From contig OZ024744.1 in assembly GCA_964016885.1 (NCBI GenBank), positions 97,092,001-97,156,000 on the forward strand: 64,000 nt of DNA. Reading direction: 5' to 3'. Positions 14,293 through 27,824 of the stretch are shown piece by piece. The notes under the pieces are model-generated. The model saw only the letters and a list, made by a program, of their open reading frames with translations. It did no database searches and was not told the origin of the DNA. The stretch is from Eledone cirrhosa (lineage: Eukaryota). The first letter of the stretch is position 1. Each line of letters begins with the position of its first letter. The position numbers and the translations under genes are program-made.

Positions 14293-14665
14293 TAACTGCA
14301 TATACACATGTACAGATACAAAGCATATACACATGCACACAGACAACTCAAAACATACACAATAACATCCATACCTGCACACACATGCATGCATAAAGAC
14401 ATGCATACATATCTACCTACTTGATGTTGTGTAAATTCCAATGAGAGAGTCTTGTAACTATGTTAGAAACCAAATCTCTGGCAAAAATTTGTGAAATTAT
14501 AAAACCAGAACATACATACTTACCATTAAGAAAACTATAACCACAGAGACTATACTATCTCTTTGTGCCCAGAAAATATTCCGAATCTGATCAGTCTCAA
14601 ATAAAACTTTACTAATACCCACATCAGACTACTGCTCCCATTTACTGGTACACATCCCTATGTAA

Positions 14666-15475
14666 TATCAAATAGGAGGTAAAATCCTATCAAATCTTAG
14701 CTATGCAGACGATCTGGCCATCAGGAGTTACTCTAGAACTGATCTGCAAGACTTTCTGAATGTACTGGCCAAACATTCGCTGCAGGCCGGCTTACACATC
14801 AACATCTCCAAAACAAAGTGTATGACAACCAATAAAAACAATGCCAATCTCCAACTCACAATCTACAACCAGCAAATTGCTCAAGTTATGGAGTTTGTAT
14901 ATCTCAGTCACCAACTATCATCAAACAACAATGGAATGGTTGCTGCGCAGTATCGCATCGCTCTAGGTTGGGCAGCTATCAACACGTACAAGGAAGTACT
15001 AACACCAAAACTAGTTTCCTATCATTTACAGGCTAAGATCTTCGATACTTACATCCTACCAGTTGTGTTATATGGTCTTGACTGTGTTACTTGGGCAACA
15101 AGGTCACTTCAGAAGCTCTCTACATTCCAGAACCACATCATGAGACTTATGACTGGCAAGCAGCTCAGCGACTGTATCTATATCACTGAGCTGCTCAACA
15201 TTACCAGACTTAGACCAATTACATCAATTGTCAAGTCAAGAGTACTCAAACTATACGGTCATATAAAAATATCAAGTCGTGGTGTGAGTAGGTTATGCCT
15301 GGAAGGAAGGTTGGCTAGTAAGAGAAGCAGAGGCCGGCAGCCAAAACGATGGCTTGACAATGTCAACTTATGGACTGGACTTGATCTTTGCTTTTTGAAC
15401 TCTGCTGCTGGTGATCGAACTTTGTGGAGAGAGATATCACATGTTAATGCGTTGTCTGCAACCGACGGAGTTTAG
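14666..15475 (+). mobile_element. 5'-truncated RTE-clade LINE reverse transcriptase fragment
   Basis: Open frame IGGKILSNLSYADDLA...GLHINISKTKCM...ILPVVLYG...LKLYGHI...RSRGRQPKRWLD. Confidence 0.9.
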
Positions 15476-15479
15476 CGTC

Positions 15480-15720
15480 ACAAGATATCCATATGTATCC
15501 ATCTATTTGACACAGTTCTTTAGTGAGGTTCTTATTTTCCTCACAAACAGGACGGTTGACTGCGATGAAGTCGATCAAACGTATGAAGGGAAGTAATTGT
15601 ATCTCCCTGTTGATCGTTCTAGCTTTCTTCTGTTAACATTTAATACACATGGGTAGTTAATAACCGTGATTTACCCACCTTCACAATTGTCAATATAAAC
15701 TATTTGATGGGTTTCAATGT
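15480..15720 (-). pseudogene. Decayed coding relic of an unidentified Cys-containing protein (paralog of 35630-36000)
   Basis: YPCVLNVNRRKLERSTGRYNY / LHTFDRLHR / PVCEENKNLTKELC, read across frameshifts. Confidence 0.5.
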
Positions 15721-16219
15721 TGTGGCTTGATACACAAACCAATCACCCCAAATCGCATCTGACCCGGAAATTTACATACCACCTCCTTCCAAGTCAAGTC
15801 TCTCACCTTCCTTCGGGTGCCTTATCCCTCATTAAATATTTCACCTTATAATTCCTACTCTGTTATTATGGTGTGTCACCTGTTTTGTATATCTGAACGA
15901 AACGAGGGTAATACCCAAGATATTCACCAGGTGTACTTACGAACTACAAACGAGAGACTACGACGAGACTCCATACACAGTTCCCGCGACAGTTCATTTC
16001 AGTTCTTATTTATAGAGTTTCGCCTAGTCTACTTTTAGTTACGCGGGAATATTCAGGGTTTTTTTCCTATCAACACTCCGAACTGAAAGCCACTAGAATT
16101 CGTTCCAGCAAGTTAAACTCCATCAGCATCAATCTCATCTAATCTAGAAGCTCTTCGAAAGATTGGGAGCGTTGTCTCTCATCTTACTAAAAAAATTAAT
16201 AATAAAAAAGCGTCTAAAT

Positions 16220-16653
16220 CAGGGGTCACAAACTACTTTTCGATGACCTGTGGAAGAAGAATTTTTTGTTTTCCCTGTTTTAATATCTATAGTAAAATTC
16301 ATTGTAATTTACTTATGAAATACAATAAATGGAATAAATGGGGAAAAAATGGAAACTATCAAAAGTAAAAACAGAAAAAGAGGGAATGTACCAAAAATAA
16401 AAATGCAATTAAGGGAAATTTTAAACATAATATTTGTCCTTTACATTTAGTACTAATTCACATATCCTACTTACTATCATATATGCATTCATTTTGATAA
16501 ATAATAAATAAATAGCAGTCTATCAGCTGTATTGTAGATTAGTATTATAACTGGTGGAAGTCAGCCTATCCTCCAGCTCATCTCACTTTTGGTCCTCCGT
16601 GCCTCTCTCCAGTACGTATTGGGCATTTTCAATCCTTGGGTTTAAGACTCCTG
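16220..16653. mobile_element. hAT (Charlie-like) non-autonomous element
   Basis: TIRs CAGGGGTCACAAAC / GTTTAAGACTCCTG; 8-bp flanks GTCTAAAT / GTTTAAAT. Confidence 0.65.
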
Positions 16654-17432
16654 GTTTAAATTATCTTTCTTAAGATGTTAATTGAAAGAGAATCCCTTGA
16701 ACCTCACAAGGTTCTGTTTAACATCACGCTACTAATACTCCGGTTAAAGTGAGAATCATAGGAAGTTAATGGTGGTTCGAATCGGAACAGGAAAGTTGAT
16801 AGATGATTTTGCTAAGTTAGATTTGTTATGTCTGGCGTAGCATCTAACGTTTCAGACTTTATCGTACTCTGACAGTGACGAACAAATCACTTTTAGGTGC
16901 TATTCACTTCACAATCAAATTTTATCAATTTATATTTATATATTCGACAAAAGAAAAGAAAATAATTCTGAAAATCATTTTCTATGTTGCTTTATTTATA
17001 TTATTATTATTTTTTTATTTTTATTTTTTATATATATATATTTTTTTTTTTTTTTTTTTTTTGTGAGGTTTTATTTGAAATCATATTTTGAAATATATAT
17101 TGTTGTAGAATTAATGTAAAGGATGGTGTGCTCATGCGCAGAGATGCTATAAAATAGCTTATAAAGATGGAAGCCCTTAAAAGACTGAAAAAGAAGTTAC
17201 CATCAGCTGCTATGAAGGTCAATTCCTCACAGCGGCCCATGGCAACTTCTTTTTCCGTCTTCCTCCTATTTTATAACCTATTTTATAGTATCTCTGTGTA
17301 TGAGCACACCATCCTTTACATTAATTTTATATTCTCAACACTTCAAAGTCCGATCCCTCGGCCACATATATTTTTGGTTTAGATATTGTTGTATTTTGTA
17401 ATGTTTTATTTTTTTGTCATTTATTCAGTATT

Positions 17433-17601
17433 ATTGGCAGTATCGGTAGAAGGTCGGACGTCATGCTTTGCAGCATAGAGTTACGCCCCTTTACGTTCTG
17501 AGTTCAAATCCCGCCGAGGTTAACTTTGCCTTTCATCCTTAATTAAGTACCAGTAGTGCACTAGGATAATTACTGGCCTTGTGCCAAAGAAGAAACAATT
17601 A
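17433..17601 (+). mobile_element. tRNA-derived Nin-like SINE
   Basis: Same family as 5911-6101 in sense orientation; another plus copy at 35449-35629. Confidence 0.8.
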
Positions 17602-17859
17602 TTACAGCAGCATCCTACATATGTAACAATGGTAAACTAGAAAAAAACCTGCCATTAACTGAAAGACTATCCATGCTATTAGTAGACAAATCTTCCTCGC
17701 GGGTAGTTAAATTCTGAAAATAACAAGCAACGAACATAACTCCAATAGGGTAAATTAAGTAATATAATATTTTTAAGAAAAAGAAAAAGAAAGGAAAAGC
17801 TTAAATAGCAAAAATAAGAAGAGGGGTGGAGTGGCTGATTTTACAACCCAGTCTATGTG

Positions 17860-18250
17860 ACAGATCACAGCTGTACCGCGCGGGAAAAATGACGAAGGCA
17901 TTGCCAACGATACCCACCGCATCACCACTCCATTTCACTCGACACTAGCCTCCGGTGGGATACACTCCTCCCAAATTTGCATAATAAGACGGAAGTTCTG
18001 GGACCAAGGACTCAGTCGGCACGAAAAGGATGCGGTTTGTCAAGTCTCAGTATTTGGTCATTTCCCCTCCTTCGCGTTGCGGGCAGCAGGGCTCGAGTTT
18101 GTAGTCGAAGCAACAAGGCTGGAGGCGGAAAGTGTGTCGCAGGACGTGATGTCCCACATTAAAGTGTTGCCTCTCTTGAACGGGAAGAGGGTTATCCCGT
18201 TTGGGATAACCTTACTGTCAAAACGGTCGAGACCGACAGGCTTTAGTGCC
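17860..18250 (-). mobile_element. CRE-clade non-LTR element, restriction-like endonuclease relic
   Basis: PVGLDRFDSKVIPNGITLFPFKRGNTLMWDITSCDTLSAS resembles the PD..D..K domain of CRE elements. Confidence 0.7.
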
Positions 18251-20211
18251 AAAAGAAGAAACAATTATTACAACAGCATCCTACATATGTAACAATAGTA
18301 AACTAGAAAAAAAAACTTCCATTAACTGAAAGATTATCCATGCTATTAGTAGACAAATCTTCCTCGCGGGTAGTTATAACCTTACTGTCAAAACAGTCAA
18401 GACCCGACAGGCTTTAGTTAGTTACGATGTGAAATTAGGCCGCGTCAAAGCTCTTTTTAAAATTTTTTGGTAAATATAGAAAATGCAGAATGTATGTAGA
18501 CGTGATCCTAAAGCAACAGGCATGTAGTCGGTCCTATTTTACCTCTACATACAGCCTATTCTATCCGGGAAATAGTTCTCTTTTATATTATATGCATTGC
18601 AGATTTAACGTCATGGATTATTATTGTCTAGATTGCAGATATATGACGAAATACTTGGATACTATTAATTTTAAAATGGAAAATATCTAAAATGAATAAA
18701 AAATAGTTCGTATATCTAGTCACAGGAACATATTGAAGAAAATTGCATCCAGAAAATAAAAAAAAAAGAACCACAATTTCAAAAATATTTTGCTCTGCAT
18801 GTAATTATGTTGATGGTAATTTGGACAATATTAGCTCTAATACTTCCCCAATATGAGTTCTATACCAATCGCAGACATCATTTTTTTTTATTCTAGTTTT
18901 CTCAGCTCTCGAGGGAGGTAATATTTATTAGGAAAAGCGTTGACTCATTTTCCTTGAAATAACCATTTCACCCATTCCCATAAAACTACTTTTTTTTTTC
19001 TAAACCAAAGTAAGATCGTGTAGTTTACCTGAAACATATGAGTATTAAAATGAAACAAAATCGATTTAATAATACAGAATGGAAGCAAAATCGATTTCTT
19101 CAATATTGCGACTTTAATAAGCGCGCTTCGTGGACTGAAAAAAAAAAAATACAGAATGAAACATTAATGGTAAACAACAGAAAAATCGACATGATACAAG
19201 AGAACTCATGAAATGCAAATCATACAATTATTACGTTCATATCGGACAATCAATTTTTGATAGCGAAGCTTTTAATAGTTGTTGATTTGTAAGTGCCTTA
19301 TGATGATAAATTATTTAATGCACAAGTCACTAATGTTTCTATCGAAATACTTGATAGAAACTATAATTTCCTTATTCTCGACTATTATGTCGCTGTACAA
19401 ATGAAGCTTTCATCTTCTTCTACTCTTTAATGCATATATGTAAACGAGCGCCAGTACTGCCTGTGCAAAATTTGTTCACAAGTCACGCATTCAATACAAT
19501 ATACTACATAAGCCCGAAAACATTTCTCAGCTATTCCGATCGAGCAATTGTATAGATTATCAATTTTGTCAAATTCTAAGATGTGTTGTTGTTGTTGTTG
19601 TTGTTTTGTGTGTGTGTGTGTGTGGGGGGGGCTTCTATAAGACAGTCTCAGGTGATTTAATTGTATATTTATCTGCTAGCTTCTTACTGTAAACATATTG
19701 CTCATGGTCAAAATGGGTCAGTATCGGTTTCAACGATAGGTGTTCCAATTCTAATATTAATGGAACAGCCTCTTCATGAAATCAACTAGCAAGGGGCTGA
19801 AGCATTCTACAGACACGTGTACCCTTAATGTAATTCTAAGAGAAGTCGTGATTAAGCTGGCCTATTGAGTTACATGCACAATTCATCCGACGGGGCTTCC
19901 AAACACTTTGTTTACCAAAATTTTACTCACAAATCATGGTTCAAGCCAAGGCTAAGGTAAATGACCCCCGGCCAAAATGTCACACAGTGGAATTAAACCC
20001 TGAACCTAATGATTGCTAAGCGATCTTCTTAAACATCCGGCAACTCTGCGTCCGCTATTTGCAGTAATATACTATGATGTAAATGTGGCACCCGAAACAA
20101 ATTTTTATTTGTTTTCATTTCTCATCGTTATGTAGCTTTTTGTATACGCGGAAAATACAGAAGTTATTTTTAACACATTCACTTATGTGATTTCTTAAAT
20201 ATATAATTTAA

Positions 20212-20962
20212 CCCTTTAGCATTTAAACCGACCATATTCGGCCAGAATTCTCTCACCCCTTCCTGTTCAAAATGGCTGTAACCAGCCACTCATGCTGATA
20301 TTAAGGTATTATTGTCAAAATAAATAATTGTTTCTACTTTTGGCACAAGGCCAGCAATTACCCCAGTACATTACTGGTACTTTATTTTATCGACCCCCCG
20401 TAAGGATGAAAGGCAAAGTTAACCTCGGTGGAAATTTGAACTCAGATCGTAACTATGCTGGAAAGTTGTTAAAATAAATAATACCAAAATCTCATATATT
20501 CGATATTATGTGAAATAATAATTGTTTCTACTTTAGGCACAAGGCCAGCAATTATCCAGTACATTACTGGTACTTTATTTTATCGACCCCGTAAGGATGA
20601 AAGGTAAAGTTAACCTCGACGGGATTTGAACTCAAACCATATTATGTGAAATAATAATTGTTTCTACTTTAGGCACAAGGCCAGCAATTACTCAGTGCAT
20701 TACTGGTACTTTATTTTATCGACCCCGTAAGGATGAAAGGCAAAGTCAACCTCGGCGGGATTTGAACTCAGATCGTAAAGGGACGTAACTATGCTGGAAA
20801 GCATGGCGTCCGACCCTCTACTGATACTGCCAATCCACCGCCCTAGCATGGCGTCCGACCCTCTACCGATACTGCCAATCCACCGCCCTAGCATGGCGTC
20901 CGACCCTCTACCGATACTGCCAATCCACCGCCCGTGTATAGAATAATGTAAATGTTAAAGGG
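20212..20962. mobile_element. piggyBac-like MITE containing three nested SINE copies
   Basis: TTAA|CCCTTTAGCATTTA ... TAAATGTTAAAGGG|TTAA; SINEs at about 20325-20463, 20518-20635 and 20653-20933. Confidence 0.75.
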
Positions 20963-21161
20963 TTAAGTGAACTGAAAAGTGAATATTTGAACTATTATTC
21001 CAGCAGATGGATATCAAAAGGGGCAAGTCCACAATAAGTAGCCGACACATCAACATCGGCAAAAGCAATATCAACAAAGGGGTGAGAACAACAGAATACT
21101 ATCATCCTCGTCCAACTACAACACCGGGGATTTACTTAATCATTGAATATATATATATATA

Positions 21162-22030
21162 CTCCAAGCAATATCTTCCTTTCAACTCTTGCCACCCTAG
21201 ACACGTTAAAATTAATATTCCCTACAACTTAGCCAAGAGAATCTGTACTATAGTCTCCAATAAAAACATCTGTTACTTACGGCTACAAGAACTAATGGAC
21301 ACACTCATAGGCAGGGACTACCCTGCATCACTAATTGACAATGGAATCCAACGTGCCCTAAAACTCAGTACCCAGGACCTTAGACACCCTAAAGTAAATC
21401 AACCGAAACTAAAAGCTCTTCCATACATCTCCACACACAACCCCCTCAACAATGAGGCCTTTGACACCATCCTCCAGAACATCCCTGTGATAAAAAAGGA
21501 CCATAGAATGAACCAAATCCTACGAACACACGATATCATAAAGAGCAAAAGACAATCTAAGTCAATGAAAAATATCCTAACACATGCCAAAGTACTGCCA
21601 ACCACAACAACGAAACCCACAGTAAAAAAAATGCGATAGACCCAACTGTGGCATATGCATCAACCTAATAGAGGGTTCGGAATTCTATTTCAAAGAAGGA
21701 CAACGTTTTATAGTAAAACACAATTTCACATGCGCATCAGAAAATTTAATATATGTATTAACTTGTTTAGGTTGCCGAGAACAATACAGAGGCCAGACCA
21801 AAAACAACCTCCGTCAACGCATGACTGTCCATAGATCCCAAATTAAAATACGGCAATACAGGAAAATACCACTGAGTGAACACATTGATACCTGTGCCGC
21901 CCAAAATCATTCCAACTTCAGAATCTTTCCCCTCTACAAATTTAAAGATAATGCCACCCACACCCAGCGCATCAGCAAGGAATCTCACTTTATTAACAAA
22001 TACGGACCCCGTCTAAACACTTCTCCCTAA
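21162..22030 (+). pseudogene. PLE ORF C-terminus with GIY-YIG endonuclease (Neptune-like), frameshifted; the element extends to about 23240
   Basis: QYLPFNSCHPRHVKINIPYNLAKRICTIVS..., frameshift at the A-run near 21630, then CDRPNCGIC...NLIYVLTCLGCREQYRGQT...RMTVH...ESHFINKYGPRLN. Confidence 0.88.
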
Positions 22031-22481
22031 GACGAACCCACAACATACTCACGTCAACATACATACCTACATCAGCATACATCCTACATACATCTCTATC
22101 CACATATAAACACAATGACATGCTTAAACACACATGTTCTATGGTGCAACACAAATATACACACATTTGCATACCTTTTGATGTCTATAGATATAAACGT
22201 GCCGGCACACACACATACATAAACGCACACATGCATTGCACACTGATGGGCACATACATATTTGTACACAAGTATTCCCATACAGCAGGGCCTAATGGAT
22301 TCCCCTTGCAGTACGTACAATCTGGACACTCACACACACCTTGGTGTTATGACAATACTATATATCATTTCACACCTTTTATTATTAAGGTTGTTGATGT
22401 TCTATTGAGAGACTCGTTTTTACTGAAAATATCGAATAATGTACACCATTTTTACCAGTATCACAAAATTACTGGTCCACC

Positions 22482-22513
<32 letters not shown>

Positions 22514-22700
22514 TATATATATATACACACACACATACACACGCGTACACTAACATACAAAGAGACATATACACACACACACACACACACTTCTCCGTAT
22601 AAGACAAGAGCTGAAAAATATCTTTTAACATGTTAAAATATCCCCCACACACGTACAGACACATTCCTACTAACCGATCCCTCTACCAAGAATTACTCTG

Positions 22701-22757
<57 letters not shown>

Positions 22758-23115
22758 TCTTAATAGGCACCTGAACTGTTGACCTGTCAACAAACTGCAA
22801 TTCACGCACACATCCCTACTGACCATTATCGCAACAATGAACCTCTTTACTACTACTACACACACACACACACACATATTTGTCTTAAAATACTTATTTT
22901 TCAGTGACTTCTCAATCAGCCGAGACAAACCTACATTTGGCGCAAAATCAATTTTTAACATTCACATGACCTCTACCGACCAATCAAAATTGTTTTGACC
23001 ACTAGAATTTTTGGAACACGAATTGGCGCGAAACTTATTTTAATACATCTGGAGCCACTTTTTTCACATAAAACAGGTAGAATTTCCAAAACTAATCAGA
23101 TTAGAGCAAAAATTA

Positions 23116-23151
23116 TTTTTGAAAAGCATTAGAAATGCGCAACCAGTAAAA
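23116..23151 (+). ncRNA. Decayed U3-A8 hammerhead downstream of the PLE ORF
   Basis: TTT-TTGAAAA-GCAT(TAGAA)ATGC-GCA-ACCAGT-A-AAA; A13 is mutated. Confidence 0.45.
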
Positions 23152-23261
23152 ACTTAAAACCAAAACTGAATACTAACCAATACTTATTACTAATTTTTAC
23201 TTATTCCTAATTAAACTATTTTTCACTGGGAACAATTTGTCAGCATTTTCTTTTCCTTTTA

Positions 23262-23330
<69 letters not shown>

Positions 23331-23462
23331 GTGAGGTTTTTTTTTACAAAATAAAAAATAACCGAGGTGTCCTACACGAGTGAAAGTATAAAGAAAAAAA
23401 GATGAAATCGAAAATGCAACTGGAGTCTTATTTTTAAAAAGATATATATATTTATTTGGTTC

Positions 23463-23498
23463 CTTTACCGGTTTCGCAGTTCTTCTGCTTTTCAAAAG
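23463..23498 (-). ncRNA. Minimal U3-A8 variant hammerhead
   Basis: Minus strand CTT-TTGAAAA-GCAG(AAGAA)CTGC-GAA-ACCGGT-A-AAG; palindromic stem III and GUA site. Confidence 0.6.
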
Positions 23499-23565
23499 TA
23501 GAGTTGAGATGGAGGGTCTGTGGTTTTTCTCACATATATATATATATATATATATACATACATAT

Positions 23566-23870
23566 AATAAATGAAGAATTAGAAATAGAAGTTAGGAATA
23601 TCGGTCATCAGTGGTCTACTAGCCATCATAGGTATTTCTTCGCATTACAGACAATATACCTCCAGCTAGGGCGATACAATAACTAAACTAAGTTATTTGG
23701 ATAAAAAGATTGGGTGGAGAAAGAGAGACAGGTAAACAAACACGAATGGTGAGGCAACGTAAAGAGAGGAAGGAAGTATATTGTCTGTAATGCGAAGAAA
23801 TAGCTATGATGGCTAGTAGACAACTGATGACGGATATTCCTAACTTATATTTCTAATTCTTCATTTATTA
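23566..23870. repeat. Inverted repeat, arms about 95 bp
   Basis: About 23566-23663 matches the reverse complement of about 23772-23870. Confidence 0.8.
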
Positions 23871-23946
23871 TACTTAATTGCTACAACACGGCTCGCCATT
23901 TTTTATTCATATATATATATGAATATATATATGAATACATATATAT

Positions 23947-24315
23947 ATAAATTAATAAAAACAATGAATAAAAACAAAGAAACAGTTCCTTATATTAAAA
24001 AATTCATCATTTTACGATCGTTTCTAGGATATATATGTGTGTGTTGGTATGTATATCATATAGATCTATGTAAAAATGTTACAAACTCTCAGAGGGAATA
24101 TACATACCTACACATATATAAGCTGTCTTCTGAAGACAGCATATATATGTGTAGGTATGTATATTCCCTCTGAGAGTTTGTAACATTTTTACATAGATCT
24201 ATATGATATACATACCAACACACACATATATATCCTAGAAACGATCGTAAAATGATGAATTTTTTAATATAAGGAACTGTTTCTTTGTTTTTATTCATTG
24301 TTTTTATTAATTTAT
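23947..24315. repeat. Near-perfect 369-bp palindrome with a 1-nt spacer
   Basis: Centre GCTGTCTTC-T-GAAGACAGC at 24131; ORFs 23919+ and 24298- give near-identical peptides. Confidence 0.92.
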
Positions 24316-24425
24316 CTTGACTCTGTTTTCCTGTGATTTTTTAATACATCTTTCCTTTCATGATATTTGGATTACATTGAGTTCTTCATACGGATTGGAC
24401 ACTACCGTATATTTTGGTAGAGTTA

Positions 24426-24472
<47 letters not shown>

Positions 24473-25154
24473 CGAAGGAAATGTGGTAAGGAACGAGATG
24501 GACCATAACGCACCAAAGTACTCAATACTTAGGGTAGTAGAGTGAGTAATAGGTGTCCAGAATTAGCCGTCGAATCCGAAATCAAATATCAGCCTTATGT
24601 GAATGGCAAGCTCATGGTATTGGTGATCGAACGGAGGATTCAGTTTATCAACAGGTTTTCGTTCTGCCTAGGACCGGAGTGATAAATTATATGTTGCATC
24701 TCGGTATGGCTGCTAATCGTATCTATAGTTATCACGTGTTAATTCCGGCAAGGGAAATAACCCCCGGTTTTAGGCGGGTCATTCAAAATGCTAGCGAAAG
24801 GAAATATTTTAATTTCCGCTAATCATCATGATAAGCTCTCGACTAGATGTTATAAAACATACACAAATAATTAACCAATCAACAGAATTGTCTAATAAAA
24901 TTAATTAGTTAATTATTAAATCTAGGAGAATAATATAATTGGAAATCAGTAAAATCGAATCTCTGGCGGTTTGCAAGTAAATTCGGCCTACTTATATGAA
25001 ATGATGAGTTAGCAAAGCACTCGATAAGATAGGACCTCAGAGTAATAACATATATTTAATATATATATATATTGCCAAAGAACAAACAAAAACAAGCAGT
25101 GCAGTACGAACAGTGTTGGTATTATGTTCACGCTTGAGAGTGAGGGTGGGGGGA

Positions 25155-25186
25155 TGACGTTTCAGGCATAAGCCCTTCATCAGGAG
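25155..25186 (-). ncRNA. Minimal hammerhead core at the end of a PLE-like 3' UTR
   Basis: CTGATGA-A-GGGC(TTAT)GCCT-GAA-ACGT-C; stem I is not evident. Confidence 0.55.
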
Positions 25187-25820
25187 ACAGGTGGGAAGGA
25201 AAAGAGTTTCGAGGGCCTGTGAGGGAGAGTGGTGGAAAGACATTAAAATAAAGGAAAAAAAATTAAAATGAAGGAGAAAAAAAATTAAAAAGAAGAAAAA
25301 AAAATTCAAATGAAAACAAATGGTGAAATGGTGGGTGGAGTGGGAGGGAGAGGGGAGAAGGAAATTGGGGGTCCAAGCGGGGATGGCGAAAGATTGTGTA
25401 TGTGTATGTGTGTAGGTGTACGTGTGTGTGTATGCGTGGATGTGAGAGTGAGAGTTTGGGGAAAAAGGAGGTTCCATGTTCGGGTAATAGGAAAACCAGT
25501 GTGTACATGGGGCGGTGTGTAAGTCTGTGTGTGTGTGTGCGTGTGGAGGGAGAGGGGTCGGAAAAAATTGGGGGAGAGGGAGCGTGTGGAATCCGGAGGC
25601 AGAGTAGGTGTATGTGAGGATACGCACGTGTGTGTGTGTTGTTTTGTGTTATGTGGATACGCGGGAATGTATGTTTGCGTGTGTGCGAAAATGGTGTAAG
25701 TGTTTGTGTGTGTGTGTGTGTTCCTGAATGTTAATCCAGTGAGTGTGTGGACAGATGGTGAAGTTCCGGGTATTAAAAGGTGGATATCCAGAGAGTGTGA
25801 TCAGTGGTGTGGGATCCGTG

Positions 25821-25851
<31 letters not shown>

Positions 25852-26000
25852 AGGGTTAAAATACTGGAGCGTGTTGGAGTTAAACACCCTCTTCGTATTA
25901 TAGAAATGACAGTAAAAGGTATAGCTCAATGTAGTTAAACAGAGCCGAAGAATTAAGAAAGTAAAACAAAGAAGCCTTCAATACATCAAAAGTCTTTATT

Positions 26001-26040
26001 AGCCGACAATGTTTCGTCCTATTAAGGACTCATCAGGGCG
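26001..26040 (-). ncRNA. Minimal type I hammerhead (inverted pseudo-LTR copy)
   Basis: Reverse complement of 29616-29653. Confidence 0.8.
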
Positions 26041-27110
26041 ATTAAAACAACAAGAAGTATTATCGGCCAATACAAGCCGGAAACTCCGAAGAATATGGAG
26101 TGTACATACACTAAAGTATTGCAAGATTATGGGTAAAAATATATAATAAAAATAATAAAATTATATAATAAAAATTACTAAGGAGGTGTATAACATTAAG
26201 AACCATATTACAAATATAGTCCAAAGCAAAAAAACCCTAGAGCTAAACAAAGGTGGTTATATAGAGCAGGAATTATATATAATACAATGTAATATAATAT
26301 AATATACCTTTACCAATATTAAAATTACAATAAAAATTAAAAGGTATAATATACATATGTATATATGTACGCACACGTACGCACACATACACATACATCA
26401 ATACACATATCCATCTTCAACTGCACAAATTAAACCTTATTAAGAGTTTAAATATAAATAAGCATAATAGGAATGAAAATAATAATAATAATAATAATAA
26501 TACACATACCCAATATACATGAGGTAATAATATGATATTATTATAAGTAGCACATATAATATATAATAAACTATACAATTATATACTATATAATATAATA
26601 TAATAGAATAGATAATCCCCGGTTAATTTACACAAACAATATAGATGTCGCAATAATACTATAATAATAATATACTAACACTTATAATATACAATATATA
26701 AAGGCATTCAAGTTAACAAATCAATTCATATAGAGTTACAGAGTAGGTGAGGAAAAATAAATTGTACAATACCCAAAAATTATGATGGTACAAAAAAATA
26801 TAAACATCTTACATGATATATAAAGTTTAACATATCATAATGTTACATATAATTAACGGTAAGTAATAAGGATCGATATTACAATAACAAATACAATATA
26901 ATATAATATATTATATAGAATAATTAACATAATATAATATATAATTACTTATAATTACAAGGTTGGTAGACAGACATGTATATGGATGAGTGAGTAAGGG
27001 CCAGACAGTAAATATAATGCACAGTAGTATTACAAATAAAATATAAAATACAATATATAGAATAAAATAAATAAATAACCTATCCCTAGGTCTTTCTTTT
27101 CTTTTCTATC

Positions 27111-27824
27111 TTGGAGAAAAATTTCCCCCCTTCTCATAAATACCATAGTATTTTTAATAAAAATGTTATTAAACTTTCATTCTCTACCACCCCTAATATT
27201 AGTTCTCATTTAGCTAGCACTAACAATAGGAAAATTAGGGATGGACTCTCCTCTCTACATACTACTAGTCTGAACAGATCTGGAAATGCATTACCACCAG
27301 AACAGACCTTATCTAATAGCAATCCTACGTGTAATGCATCACCACTTGAGCCAACCAATAACACCCGGAAGTGCAACTGTAGAGTGAGTGCTAACTGCCC
27401 TTTAAACGGTAACTGCCTTTCTAAGAACATTGTCTATGCTTGCGTAGTTATAACTAATTCCTCTAATAGAACTTATATAGGCTCTACATCTAACACTTTT
27501 AAGACTAGGTTTAACTCTCATATCTCTAATTTCAAACATGTTAAGTTTAAGAATTCTACTTCTTTAGCACATTATATCTGGGATCTTAAGGGGGCTAATA
27601 TACCATATAGCCTTAACTGGCGTTTAGTAGCACGCTCTAATAACCTTTCTACACATACTAAATTTTGTAATCTCTGTATCCTCGAGACATACTCTATAAT
27701 TTTCTCTAGCGAATCCTTACTTAATAGAAAGTCTGAGATATTCTCTTCTTGCCCCCACGCTATTTCTAATTCATACTTTTATTATAAACCTAAACGTTCT
27801 AGTAGTACAAATTGTATCCATTAG
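27111..27824 (+). pseudogene. PLE ORF C-terminal fragment, GIY-YIG endonuclease (probably Naiad-like)
   Basis: FPPSHKYHSIFNKNVIKLSFS...CNCRVSANCPLNGNCLSKNIVY...YIGSTSNTFKTRFNSH...CNLCILE...LNRKSEIFSSCPH; open but 5'-truncated. Confidence 0.85.

Noticed and set aside
21007-21161. N-terminal part of ORF 21007-21639 as PLE protein
   Set aside because: It is read-through of flanking sequence and (TA)n; homology starts at about 21162.
27111-27824. Selenoprotein-type PLE endonuclease
   Set aside because: All Cys positions use normal codons, with no in-frame UGA in the fragment.
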